64,000 bases of DNA from Octopus sinensis (GCF_006345805.1 NC_043012.1:29388001-29452000); one strand, 5' to 3'; shown: positions 13,521-27,400, numbered from the stretch's first letter. The notes: generated by a model not told the origin, from the letters alone. Made by a program: numbers and translations.

Positions 13521-14898
13521 TTTGTTCGCGCAGCTTTGGTTTAGGTCGTTTGTTTAACGTCACATATATCACTTTTGAACATCATTTCGTCATTTCGGCG
13601 ATTCCGTTTATGCTTTTTATTTTTCAAAAGAATTATGTTCATTTTATGTTTATATCATTTCTGAGTTACTGAGGAAGACTTGCTCGCTTATCTGGCACTT
13701 CAACGATGACCATTCGTTTTTTAATTTATTTTATTGAATATTTTAAAGATTAAATAATAGATTACATATGTCAAGCGAAAAAAGAACACGAGAGTCGATA
13801 TCTCTCTTTCTCCCTACGTATGTATGTATGTATGTATGTATGCGAAATGATCTGTCAAGGGACTCCCTCACTCTATTCTCTGCACATCATTAGCATAGAT
13901 ATTTCACAGATACACATATACACACGCGCACACATATATACACACATATACACACACGGACATATAGACACACAAGCATATATAATGTTTTATCCAAACG
14001 GGGTCTTGGAAAACGCAACATGTTATCAAATGGTTTGGGTGCAGTAGATTAGTTCCACATTCTGCTACTATACACGACGTAGTTTTACAATCTGCATAAC
14101 TGTAGAGAAGCAGAATCCGCGTGCGGTCTATAAAAAAAGAAAAGCTATAAAAGGTATTTATAAAAAAAGAAAAAAGAAACTTAATCGGTATATGAAAGAC
14201 ATGACCCTCTTCAACAGCATAATTAACAAAAGATACCTAATAATTGCAAATAATACTGATGAAGAGGACTAGATGTGTAACTGGGTCTTTCAGCAGTCGT
14301 AATTAATATCTACAAGTTTTCTCAAAGATGTGTACACTATACAAATCTTAAATACCCTTACATTTTCTGTGTTCCTCCTTTTTTTATGTATCATATATAT
14401 ACAAATAAGAAGATAATTTATTTTCAAACGCAGAAACGCTGATAGAACAGCAGAAATATTACGTAAATTACCATACAAAGCGGAAAAATTTGTCAACAAA
14501 CAATCATGGGAAACGAACCTATATCTTTTGAAGACTCCAGCCAAGTGCTTTATCATTAAGCTAAACAACTGATTAACAAATTAATCCGTAATTTTAAGCG
14601 GCATGAAGCTGAGAGTACAACTACGCGTATATAAATATAAACAGTCTAATATGGTTACTGGTCAACTAGTCTTGCCAAGCTGGCAGCATACAGGACACAA
14701 GTTGTGTGTCGTTAACCAGCCGGAAAAAGACCTTTTCCCTTCAGTTAAAATGAAGTAACATTCTTCTTTATAAGTACAGGCATATTATAATGGCAAAAAA
14801 ACGAAACAAAACAAAGAAAACAACAAAAACGTTAATGTCTCGTCTTGTTATCTCTTATATCTCATCTAGAGATTTTAGAACTAGCTATATATATTTAT

Positions 14899-15099
14899 TT
14901 CTTTTACTTGTTTCAGTCATTTGACTGTGGCCAAGCTGGAGCACCGCCTTTAGTCGAACAAATCGACCCCAGGGGTTATTCTTTGTAAGCCTACTACTTA
15001 TTCTATCGGTCTATTTTGCCGAACCATAAGTTAAAGGGACATAAACATCCCAGCATCGGTTGTCAAGCGATGTGGGGGGGGGAACACAGACACAAATAC
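14899..15099 (-). mobile_element. SINE family B 3' half
   Basis: Close reverse-complement match to the tail of family B copies. Confidence 0.75.
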
Positions 15100-15134
15100 A
15101 TACATATACATACATACATACATACATACATACA

Positions 15135-15168
<34 letters not shown>

Positions 15169-15190
15169 CATATATATGTATATATATATG

Positions 15191-15279
<89 letters not shown>
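15098..15279. repeat. (TACA)n/(TA)n microsatellite
   Basis: Directly visible. Confidence 0.95.
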
Positions 15280-15282
<3 letters not shown>

Positions 15283-15445
15283 GTTATCGCCATACTAATA
15301 TGGCATTCTTATAAAAATAAGAAAAAAGCTGTCCGCTTATTAGCTCCATGAGGCCATCGCCTTAAGTTAGCTATTTGATACACAAACTGTATCCATATAA
15401 CCTTCGAACAAGGGAGGTCAGTCGCTCCACACTACTTGACCGGCA

Positions 15446-15487
15446 GCTACAGACGCGTTTCGGGGTATTGCCCCTTTTCAATGCAGC
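15446..15487 (-). ncRNA. Minimal type I hammerhead ribozyme (PLE-type) with U3-A8 core variant
   Basis: Minus strand: gctgca-UUGAAAA-gggg caata cccc-GAAA-cgcg-UC-tgtagc; stem I 6 bp, stem II 4 bp, palindromic ACGCGT stem III, GUC triplet. Confidence 0.7.
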
Positions 15488-16199
15488 GTAGCCAGCCAGT
15501 AGGTGTCGCTTCCGACAATCTCTGTTCGATGGTTTTATTTACCTAGTTTCGGTGGAATACATCCACTTGTTTTCAATAATAGAAATATTAAAATAACTAA
15601 GTCTCTCTAAAAGAGAACAGCTTTTTTCTTATTTTTATAAGAATGCCATATTAGTATGGCGATAACTATTATTTTCCGGGAACGCTGCCGCTGTTCTCTT
15701 TTAGAGACTGTTCTCTTTTAGAGACTGGTCACTTCATCTATTATCATTATTATTTTAGTGTCCTTTGTCTAAAACCTTTCGCGCGCACCCTGTGAGAATG
15801 GACTATACAGAACAGGAGGAGACAAGTGGGATGAAAGTCGCGGAAGAGGTCACAAGATGTGCGACGAAAGATTTCAGGCAAAGGATACTAAAATAATAAT
15901 AATATAATAATAATAATAATAATAATAATATAATAATAATAATAATAATGCTTAAGTGCAGAATGATAAGGAAAATGTAATTTTTTTTTCACATCCATAA
16001 TTTTATTTAACAGTTATTTACATCATCTTTACGAGACCTACACGTGTTTCCACTGCAGCGACTGCACGCTGTTGGATATGAAACTAGGTGTCATGGTCAG
16101 TGGAGTACGTGGACAAAACGGGTAACTTGCACCACTTAAGCCACTCTAATTACCATATATAATTAAAAATCAAATCACTAGAAACCATAAGGTAACAAA

Positions 16200-17900
16200 T
16201 CCGAATAACCAAACACAAATTAATTTACAAGCCAAAGCTATAATGGAAAGATATAGAGTAGAAGATAAAACAGAACCATACGAGCCTAAAACCACTAGGA
16301 TTAATCTTATGGACCACAAACCAAACTTTAACACTAACCCTATTGTTAGATTCATACGCCCCTCTAAATCGGACATAAGTAGGATAAATAAACATATAAT
16401 AGGTAAGTATATACCCACAGTAAGGAACATAAAGCTGAAACTCTGGTCTAGTTCTTACGAAGTTATTGACTGGATCATTAATATCCTTAATAAAAACAGA
16501 GCACGATTAATGCAAGTTGATATTACTAACTATTACTCCTCCATTAACCCTATCCTCATCTTTGCTAGAAATAACTAGAGAAGAGATAGATGTTATCTTA
16601 GTAGCTAGAAAATCAGTTATCTGGGTGAGAAAAGATTGGCCGATGTTCGACATTACTATGAGATCAACAAACTCCGCGCTATTTATCATAAACAAAGAAT
16701 TCCTTGAAATAGGAGGGGCTCTATGCAAGAAGAACCTGGGACTGTCCATATCAATAAAGGAGGAACATAACTCTGTCAACTTTCTTGATGTTACTTTAGA
16801 TTTAAATGCTGGAATATATAAACTTTATCACAAGCGAAACACGAACATTAGATGCATAAATAAAAATAGCAATCACTCTAGATGTATAACCCAATCAATA
16901 GTAGAGAACGTATCTACCCGTATTTCTAACCTGTCAGCGAACGAAGAAAATTTTAAACTAAACGAGGGCTTTTTTGATTTAGCACTGGAAAAGACAGGAT
17001 ATAGGGTAAAATTAAAATTCTACAATAACAACGATAGAATAAATAAATGTAGTAACAAGGACAATCATAACAATAATCGCAGTATACAAAATAACTGAAA
17101 AAAAGTGATTAATAGCCAAATAAGGACAAAGGGTAGAGTTAAGGGCAAGAAATTTGAACACTGGGAAAATAACCGTAGAATACCAACTAATGAGAAGGTG
17201 GGAAGGGATCTTAAAGAATTAGTATCGCACAAAGGTACAATAAACTCAGTAATTGAAACATTATACCAGGGAAATAGGTTAAACACGTTTACTATGACCT
17301 TAACTTAAACTACAGGCAACCATACCAAAAAGTGACTAACTCAAACGTGAGACTAGGAAGTGAAGACAAGAACGCTAGAAAGTGAAATCCGGAATGTCAA
17401 CAACGGGAAAAGAAGAAATAAACTAGAAAGTAGACAAAATAAGTTAGAGATTACCTCTAATGAAACCAACATAGAAATTAATAACAGAATAAGAAGAATT
17501 AATATCTGTGATTGCGCAAGGAACAGACAATGTCCTTTAAATTTCGAATGTAAGACTAAAAATGTGGTTTACATGTGCAAAGTTACCTCAGGAGACAAAG
17601 AGTATTTCTATATAGGTGCTAGCTCACGTTTTATTAAACAAAGAATAGATGAGCATGAAAATTCTTACAGATATAGGAAAAAAAAACAACACTAGCCTGA
17701 GTAAATTAATTTGGTCACTGAAAAATAGTAACAAGATATACTCAATAGGCTGGAATATTATCAGTAAGGCTAAACCTTATAGAATAGGGGATAAAAGATG
17801 CGACTTTTGCTTAAGGGAAATGTACTAAATTTTCACTTTAAATTTAACATAATATACACAAGGCAAGAACGTACTCTAAGATGCCTTTATACAAGAAAAT
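16200..17900 (+). mobile_element. Penelope-like element remnant (RT plus GIY-YIG), catalytic RT segment deleted
   Basis: FIRPSKSDISRINKHI, VNFLDVTLDL, CKTKNVVYMCKV...YFYIGASSRFIKQRIDEH, and hand-translated GWNIISKAKPYRIGDKRCDFCLRE at ~17750-17820; no YxDD motif seen. Confidence 0.85.
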
Positions 17901-18135
17901 TTACGATTAAACAATTTAAATAAACAAATTACACTTTCTATAATATTGAAAATTACTAAAATACCAGTCGAGAAACTAAGAACCACAAAATAAATCAAAC
18001 AAGAAAAATATTCTTTGAAATGAGTTGAATACTAAACCTGTAATATTAATGATAAACATTCAGTCCAACTGATATGTGTCTGTTTAAGTTGTATACATGA
18101 CTGTTACTATGTTGAAGGTTGTATAAATACACATA

Positions 18136-18795
18136 GAGTGAGCCCTCGTTTATCACGGTAGATTGGTTCCGAGACCGGCCACGATAACTGAATTTCCGAG
18201 AAGTAGGGACACCGTATTTATAGTATTTATTTAACGTGTATTTGGACTTTTAAAACCCCCCCTGTACTGTTAACAACCCACCCATTACAGTAGTCTATTA
18301 ATTACAAGGACAGCTGTTAAGCAATAACACTTTCTCCAGGGATACAGGCATCCAGCAGCAGGACCTCCGTAATGCCATGATGGACCGTGAAGTCTGGCGT
18401 AGCATGGTAAATTCCATTGTCTCGACCACGGTCGAACAATGATGATGATGATGATAACACTTTAGATTTAAAAAAATAAAGTTTGTTATTGTACTCAACA
18501 CGAAAGAAGTTGAAGTAAAATTTGAATGATGATGATGATGATGATGATGAAGTTGACGGCGGCGCCCTTTCCTGGGACACCTCTTCCAACCGTAGTAGTA
18601 GCAGCAGGAACTAGCTCTTTTTGCGAGGCTGCTTCTTTTTCCGTTCAAAAAGCATCTTGTAGGAATTCATGACTTTGTCGACCTTGTTGCAAAATTGCAC
18701 AGAACGAACCATATCGTCGTCCCATTCCTGTGACCCTTCTTTCAATTCTTTAACCAGGTTGCAGCCGTTCCAAAGTCAAGCCAGTTTGGTCGACA
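18136..18795 (-). mobile_element. Tigger/pogo-type DNA transposon 3' remnant, interrupted by an RTE fragment
   Basis: TA + gagtgagccctcgtttatcacgg TIR-like end; minus-strand translation LWNGCNLVKELKEGSQEWDDDMVRSVQFCNKVDKVMNSYKMLFERKKKQ resembles a Tigger transposase C-terminus. Confidence 0.6.
18300..18455 (+). mobile_element. RTE-like LINE 3' end
   Basis: RDTGIQQQDLRNAMMDREVWRSMVNSIVSTTVEQ* followed by a (TGA)n tail. Confidence 0.65.
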
Positions 18796-18805
18796 ACTTC
18801 TTCCG

Positions 18806-18938
18806 CTTCTTCTTCTTCTTCTTCTTCTTCTTCTTCTTCTTCTTCTTCTTCTTCTTCTTCTTCTTCTTCTTCTTCTTCTTCTTCTTCTTCTTCTTCTTCT
18901 TCTTCTTCTTCTTCTTCTTCTTCTTCTTCTTCTTCTTC
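18806..18938. repeat. Pure (CTT)n, ~44 units
   Basis: Directly visible. Confidence 0.95.
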
Positions 18939-18939
18939 A

Positions 18940-19400
18940 CGAAAACGGTATATGCCCCCTATACCGCAACAAGTTCTGGAATAGGTTGGAGAGGGACACC
19001 GACAAAAGAAATAAAAACAATACTTGGTATGATAACAAGAAGTTTCGCAGTGTACTGTTTGTTGATGCTACACCTAAGAACGAATTAAGTAAGGCATTCA
19101 AGAAAATCCTGCGCACAACTGGCCTTAATAACAAAGTTGTAGAAAAGACAGGTTGGAATATCAAATCTGTATTAAGTAGATCATATTCATTTGATAGAAT
19201 CACATGTCAGAATAATAGTGCAGTATGTTCTACAAACCCACATGTGAACTGCAAAACCAAGAGCACTGTACACCAGATTAAGTGCCAAGAAGGAGCTTGC
19301 GCAATTATCCCAGAGTCATATATTGGTGAGACTTCTAGGAGCATCAATGATAGGTTCAAAGAACACCCGAACAACCACATTGAAAAAAAACACCAAACTC
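18940..19400 (+). mobile_element. Second Penelope-like GIY-YIG endonuclease fragment
   Basis: ORF 18986-19480: SVLFVDATPKNEL...NCKTKSTVHQIKC...SYIGETSRSINDRFKEH. Confidence 0.8.
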
Positions 19401-21599
19401 CATCTTCTATCAGCATTCTGGATATTCATGTGCTTGCATGTCTGTGTTTGTGTATTTTCTATGTATGTATGTGTGTGTGAGCGTGTGTTTGCATATGTAT
19501 GCACATCTGTCTCCTGGTGTGTGCATGTCTATGTGTGTGTATGTGTGTGTGTGTTTTGCAACTATGTACCATATGTGCCCTTGTGTGGAGTAAAGTGTGT
19601 GCGTATATATATGGTCATGTGTTTCAGTATTCTTTGTAAACGAGGAACTAAGATGCCATACTGGTGTCGTTGTCGAATCCTTGACTTCAGCAATCTTCCA
19701 AGAGAATGTTGTTTTTAGTCAATATTTTTTACTGAATATTTCTTGGATTATTTTTTCCTCAAACAGTTTCCAAAACAGAAATTTCAGAAATTTCTCTTGA
19801 ATCATAAACTCAAAATTTATACATTGAAGATGATGTATAATAAATGTGCCCCATTTTAATAAATACAGAACCAAGTATTGCATCAACTATTATTGAATAG
19901 TATTTTGCTTTTGATCTTCCAGAAAGTGTTTCAAAACAGTGTAGGGGCAAAAAGAAATCAATTCATTTAGTGAATTAGCTGCATGGTTCTCTTTTTTTCC
20001 CAGATTTCTTTGATCTTCCCGACATGGTTTCAAATAGGGATCCTTGTCTAAACAAAAGATCAACCAATCCAAGGAAGCTACCACTGTAAACATAATCAAT
20101 AAAGTAAGAGGTGCCACAGAATATTAACTGACCTTCATCTAAAGAGGAAATAATGTTAATTGGACAGAGTAAAATAGTACTCCTTAGCCTCTTATACATC
20201 AATTTGTCTATGGAGAAAATCTTCAGTGCTTGGGCGAATCCTTTATTCGAGCTCTTTCCATAAAAGACAATTCAATTTATATTGGTTACTACGGTCATGT
20301 TTAGGAAATTTGTCCCAATTTTCTCCGTTCTTCTCTGATAGGTAATCCATTCTATATTGACAAAGCAAACTCTTTGGTAAGGAACACAGCCTTTTCTAAA
20401 GATTTGATACAATAAAGAAAACATAGCTTGTTTCTTTACACTGACCGATATCTTTAAGACATTTCTATTTTGTAATTCCCGTTCATTAAATAAAGATATT
20501 CACGATGCTTAGAAATGTTTGGGATAGGGTTCATGCAAATATTTTGCAATGTTTCTTGCACTTCTTTGTATTATATTTCCAATATCAAATCTATCCTATA
20601 TGTTATTGGAGTGTTCTTTCCTATAGTTTGGGTTTAAGTTAGTGGTATTCTATTCGCTTACAAGTGTGATCTCTTGGGTATTGTAGGTGATTTATGTTTA
20701 ACAATGTCACTCTATGCTTCAGATGAAGTCTTTTAGTTTTCAGTTTGTTATTGAGCAGAGAATTCAGTTTCTGCTGATAAATACTTATGCGTTAGCTTTT
20801 TGGAAGTAATATTCATGTCCAGTAATAACCTCTTTCCTTTGTGTTCTTATACTTCTCTTTCAGTTCTCTTTTTGCTCTCTAGATTTCTGCTTATGCTTTG
20901 CAATAATAAGATAGAAACATATGTAGGAAATTAAAAGTGTGCTTTTTGAGATAACAGCTACGTTGATTTATATTTTCTTTTCTGTTTATTTCCCACGTAC
21001 CAACAAAATAAGAATACTCTTCCGATTTGGCTTACAGAATAATGCAGTAATAATTGTATATGCATGGCATGAAAACGAGATACAACAGGTTTCAGAATAT
21101 TTCATTTTTTTTAATATACATATAACATCAATCAAAGCAAGTTTTATATCAATGTATTTATGAATGTACATATGTATATTAATATGTCGATTAATTAATA
21201 CGTTATAGAAAACACTAGTCGATATTTATGTAATTTGCATAGTCAGTGATATAATTTGTTTTGTAAGAAAAGCATTATCAAAATCAGTTATGAGGAAAGA
21301 CAAAAGGCAGTTTTGGGGTTCACTCGATTAGGACATGCCTCACATTAAAAATCTGCTGTGAAAGTTCAATGTCGAAGGCAATAATTTGAAGTTGTTTTCC
21401 AATTAACGTTTCGTTGTAGCTTCACATGAGTACCAGCGGATCATAGAACAGAAACTGAAGAAAACAAAGATATATACGCATTTTTAAACTTGATGTGGCC
21501 AAAAGGTTCCAAATCTATTACAACATCTATTACAGTTTGAATCATGAGTTGATTCTGTTCTGTTGCGTTACTTCGTGTTGTCTATATAATAAAGGACTC

Positions 21600-22125
21600 A
21601 TGAAAGATTTTACTTTAGCAATGGAAGATGGGTGAGGAGTACAATCCAAATAAACGGCGTGTTCTATAGCTTCCGGTGGACATGGCGTTCACGTGGAGAA
21701 TGGCCAGCAGCCCCATCACCTCGCGTGGCTCATTTCTCAGACGGGCTGCGGTTATCCCAATTTTGCGGAGGAAATCGGCAGTGCAGGGTCCGAGACATCT
21801 CGACGGCGACTGGCACAAACTGATAGCGGCCAGTAGGCTCCAACATTTATCTATTTTTACTCTCCTCTGCGTTGCGGGCAGCGATACTCGGGTTTGTGGC
21901 CATTGTAGTAAGGCTGGAGGCGGAGAACGTGTCGCTGCACGCCGTGTCCCAGAAGAGGTATCTGCCTCTTTCGTATGGGAAGATGGTTATCCCGCTGGGG
22001 CGCTTATCCTCCCAGCAGTCGAGACCTACTGGCTCCAGTTGAAACGGGAAGCCAGCCGCATCGAGGCCCCTTTTAATTATGTAATCCAGAGCTAGGTGTC
22101 GGGTTGGGTGGGGGTGGGGTGGGCT
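21600..22125 (+). mobile_element. GC-rich probable non-LTR (L1/Tx1-like) 3' remnant
   Basis: GC-rich block; FTWRMA, SIFTLLCVA and SLHAV motifs weakly resemble the Tx1 C-terminal region; ends in a G-tract. Confidence 0.3.
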
Positions 22126-22274
22126 CGCGTTATGGCGACAGGGTAATGGATGCAGTCCGAAGTCATTGAGATGTATATTAATATTTAACGCATTATCCGA
22201 TGTGAATTAAATTGTCCCCATGTTAGTTAAAGCTGAATGTATAGCGGTTTAGTATGATGGAAGTTTTGACGCTA

Positions 22275-22530
22275 CATGTTAGCAGAATCATTAGCACGCC
22301 GCACAACATGTTTAGCAGTATCTCGTCCGTCTTTAGTTTTGGGTTCAAACTGCGCAGAAGTCGACTTTATCTTACACCCCCTTTGTGGGTCGTTAAAATA
22401 AGTACTATTCAATCACTGGCTTCGATTTAATCGATTAGTCCCCTTTCCCAACATTTCAGGACTTGTGCCTTTAGTGGAAAAGAATGTGGTGCAAGGCGAC
22501 TTCGGCGGGATTTGAACTCAGAACGTACAG
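22275..22530 (+). mobile_element. SINE family A plus a short inverted SINE fragment
   Basis: gcagaatcattagcacgccg...gggttcaaac...gtcgactttatc...tttcaggacttgtgcct. Confidence 0.65.
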
Positions 22531-22659
22531 GGACGTAAAACAATCGTCAATGTATTATATCGAAGCTAAGACTTTAGTTGTGAACAAACAGGTCATTAAG
22601 CGTTACATTATGTATTTTTTCTCATGCGCGTTTGATATGCATGTGTCTCATTCTTTAAA

Positions 22660-23782
<1,123 letters not shown>

Positions 23783-24208
23783 GGCTTATCTACAGCGTAT
23801 ATTGATATTTCGGCATAATTCTGTTGTCTTATTTATTGCTTTGTAAGTTTAGATTTCCATTTAGCTGCTAATCTATCCATTACGTAGCTTAAGTTCATGG
23901 CATGTAAATTATGAAATTGAGAGGATGAGTTGAGATGAGTTGCTTCCTATCAAACTTTCTGAAACCGTTCCAGTTCAATTTTCCTCCTCTCATAGACCAG
24001 ATGCACATTTCATTGGTTCAACAGAAGCTTGTAATGTTAGGATAAATTCAAAATCCTAGTTAGGTGGAGGTTGTGTTATCGGTGACTACAGTAAAGTAAT
24101 TTTCTGTTTATTATATGCTGATCCCTGAGCCCATGGAATGTCGATAGCGAGTTTACCATCTCAAGCGTTAGAATTAAATGAGTTAATGCATATTATCCGG
24201 CATTCGTT

Positions 24209-24673
24209 TTTCACATGTAGGATCTTTGGTCGTTAGGGCAACTGCTGTGATATATTTAGTGCTCTATTTTCTAACCATGTCTTTGACACGGTTTTATCTA
24301 ATAAATCCCTATGTTTCGAAAGTACATAATAATTAAATATTTTATTTGGTTACTTACAGCATAATGTTATCTATCTTTTCTTTAGGGTCCAGTGAAAGCG
24401 TATATATAACTTCAGTAAAATTATATCATCCAACTATTACTTCTCTTCATTTCTATAAAGAAATACTTAATGCGCTTTAAAACTTATAGACAGAACTTTA
24501 CTAAACTTATGCATACCTTTTCGTTGGACCCTCCAAATAAAATATTTGTGTGTATGTACTTTCATAACTCGAAGTTTTGTTAGATATAACCGTGTCAAAA
24601 ACATGGCTAAAAAAATAGAACGCTAACAATCTAACAGTAGCTGCCCTAACGACCAAAGATCCTACACGTGAAA
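24209..24673. mobile_element. ~95-bp inverted repeat pair, probable MITE
   Basis: 24209-24300 (cacatgtaggatctttggtcgttagggca...gacacggttttatcta) is an imperfect reverse complement of 24581-24673. Confidence 0.5.
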
Positions 24674-24987
24674 GATGAAAGAAACAGCCAAGGTAAATTG
24701 GAATTGCTAAATACACCGAATGGTTCTACTAGGATATTGCTGATTATTGCATTGCAAACATAATAATGAAATAGTAGTAGTATTAGTAGTAGAAGTAGTA
24801 ATATGATCCCTTATTGCTCTGCAGTCGTTTTAATTCCCCCTTTCTCTAAAGCATTTGGATCCTTTCTTACCCGAAAGCAGTTCAGATTCTTTGTCGTTCG
24901 CCATAGACATTTTGATCCCTCGTTGCTCTAGGACAGCCGATAACGTTCCCATTTTTATATTCATTTTCTAAAAGTTGGTCATTGTAC

Positions 24988-25342
24988 GCAGGCGTGGCTG
25001 CGTGAGAAGAAGCTTGCTTCCCAACCACATGGTGCCGGGTATTCCACTGCGTGGCCCCTTGGCGATGTGTCTTCTGTAAACTCGTGCCAACCAAAGCCTT
25101 GTGTGTGTGTGTGTCTTTGATCTGTGTTTCACCCCCACCACAGTTTGACAGTCTGTGTTGGTGTATTGACGTCCCTCGTAACCTAGCGGTTCGGCAAAAG
25201 ATCCCGCTAGAATAGGTACCTGGGTTAAAAGGAGAAAAAATATTAAGTGCTGGGCTCGATACATTTGCCTAAAACTTCTTCAAGGCGATGCCTCAACATG
25301 GTAGCAGTCAAATGACTGAAACAAGGAAAGGATAAATAAAGA
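24988..25342 (+). mobile_element. SINE family B (CORE-like), near full length
   Basis: gcaggcgtggctgcgtgagaagaagcttgcttcccaacc tRNA-like head, ccttggcgatgtgtcttct CORE-like segment, conserved tail. Confidence 0.8.
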
Positions 25343-25568
25343 TACTTAAATGAGAAAGTGGTATTTCTGACAGAATATGAACTAATCCCCTAAAATGATT
25401 TTATTACTTAGAGTGTACAATCATTAATTCTCATCATGCTTCTAATATTGTATGGCAACAACAGTAATTTCATGTTTGAACTAAAACCAGTTACAGTGTG
25501 TGCTGTTAATAAAAATATTGACCAATCCTTAATGAAGCCAAATTATGATAAAGGCCTTCATTTTAGAG

Positions 25569-25824
25569 CAGTCTTTCTCAACCATTTTTTACCTATGGAC
25601 TCCTTTGATTCCTATTTTACTCGGATGGACTCCCTTAGCCATACGATGTTTAAAAATCCTTACTGTATATTTTTTAGCAAACATTATTAAGAATTGTGTA
25701 ACGAAAAATTGCGAAAATATCTCGTGTATTGTAGAAATATAACTAATGTATTGCGGATAAATTTTAACAACAACATCTTATATGGACCCTCAACGGCCGT
25801 GTGGACCCCGGTCGAGAATCAGTG
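25569..25824. mobile_element. hAT (Charlie-like) MITE
   Basis: Ends cagtctttctcaacc / ggtcgagaatcagtg resemble CAGTGGTTCTCAACC TIRs; the 8-bp TSD is not well preserved. Confidence 0.5.
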
Positions 25825-25954
25825 TTTGGGAAAATCCATATTTCTAAACATTCTTCCAGGAAGTCGTTTTTACATTTGTGTAGGAAACCTACCATACAGT
25901 CACATTCCTCCCCACTATATGAGAAATATATATATATTGATTCAGTAGTTTCGG

Positions 25955-26085
25955 GGCAGGAAGTAAGTGTCCAAGTGGTATTTATTCTATCAGTCCCGGT
26001 GGCATTCGAACTCAGAACGTAAAGGTGGACGACATATCACTAAACATTTTGTCCGGTGCACTAACGATTCTGCTAGCTCGCTGTC
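25955..26085 (-). mobile_element. SINE family A
   Basis: ttcgaactcagaacgtaaag...ctaacgattctgctagctcgc. Confidence 0.6.
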
Positions 26086-26644
26086 TTATGTGAGAAATAT
26101 ATATCGATAGTATCAACAAGGAGTGGAAAGAAAAATCAAATAAGGATAAAAACATTTTTTGCGATAGGACAACATTAATATATAACAATACTACAAATTG
26201 TAGTCTCCCCCCTCTCTCTCTATTCATCTATCTATCTATCTATTTGCTTCTCTGCCTTTCTATCTAAATGAACATAAATACACCAACACAGGCACACACA
26301 CTAGGCACACATGCGCGCGCATACTCATGCACTAATGTAGCCATGTTACATTGTCTACAAATTATAGTTAGAGAAAATACATTTATTTTTAAATACTGAT
26401 ATTTACATACGAAAATATACTTTGCATAGATTAACCCGGAATTTCGTAATGTTTTATATTCAAAGTTTGCTTAAACTAAAGACTTCGCAACGACAAAGAC
26501 CTTTTTTCACGGGTGGAAAGATGAAACAAGAAAGAAAGAATTTGGCGGCAATTTATTTTAAATTTTTGCTACAGTTAGCTGTAGGTTGTGTTCAGTTTTT
26601 GCTTGTTTTGTTATTTTGTGACTAGCACGCACGCACACACACAC

Positions 26645-26675
<31 letters not shown>

Positions 26676-26699
26676 AGCAGATATACATATATGTATTAG

Positions 26700-27400
26700 T
26701 AAAGTCAACGCCGTTGGAGAGCATAAAGATTAAAAGCTGAGTTGAGCTAACATGCAGGGCTGGAAGCCATCTGAAAATTGGGAAAAAATTATCATGAGGA
26801 TTCACACCAGGTATCAAAATGCTGACATCATGACTGCAGCTCAATGCTCTGTGAACAGTGTAATGACTGTAAGACATGACATGGACAGCTGCAACAGAGA
26901 CTACAAAGTCGTGGCCAGCAGGAAGGGACACAGCAAGCGTTCTGATTGCGTCTGTACACCGGAGTTCATCCAACAACGGGTGAACAGGGCTTTAGGCTCA
27001 ATTCAAACGACTATGTGAAACTGTTATGAACTTGGTTACTCCCTGGCTAGAGGGAGTTGCTTCTAGAAGGTCATTTGTGCGTCAACGTGGATGTCTGAGA
27101 AGTTCTACGACTTCACCAACCTCAAATTCTGGTCACCTAATTCCACCAGTTGTTATTCCATCTATTACTATGTGTGGGACACAGTTGGGGAAGACACCAT
27201 CTGCAACGTCAAAGCCCAACTGGTGGCCTAGGTCAAGCAGGTGTTCGAAGTTCTTCCCAGAAAAAACAATAAGGAACGCATTCGTCACATTCTGGAGCCG
27301 TCTTGAGGCTGGTATGGAAGCCGAGGCCGGCTGCTTTGAGAAAGCTGTTATCTCCCGATCATAATCTAGTTGATTTTTTTTCATATTTTGAAATATTTTA
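26700..27400 (+). mobile_element. Internally deleted Tc1/mariner-superfamily transposase remnant
   Basis: RKGHSKRSDCVCTPEFI (N-terminal) and hand-translated WMSEKFYDFTNLKFWSPNSTSCYSIYYYVW, a decayed FWPPNSPDLNPLDYYVW motif. Confidence 0.6.

Noticed and set aside
18060-18120. Hammerhead at the 3' end of the 16200-17900 PLE (ctgatatgtgt...atacatga)
   Set aside because: Both core strands are mismatched and stem I is not evident.
19870-20830. Minus-strand PLE-like RT remnant (VFYGKSSNKGFAQAL)
   Set aside because: Resemblance to RT motif B is too weak without a profile search.
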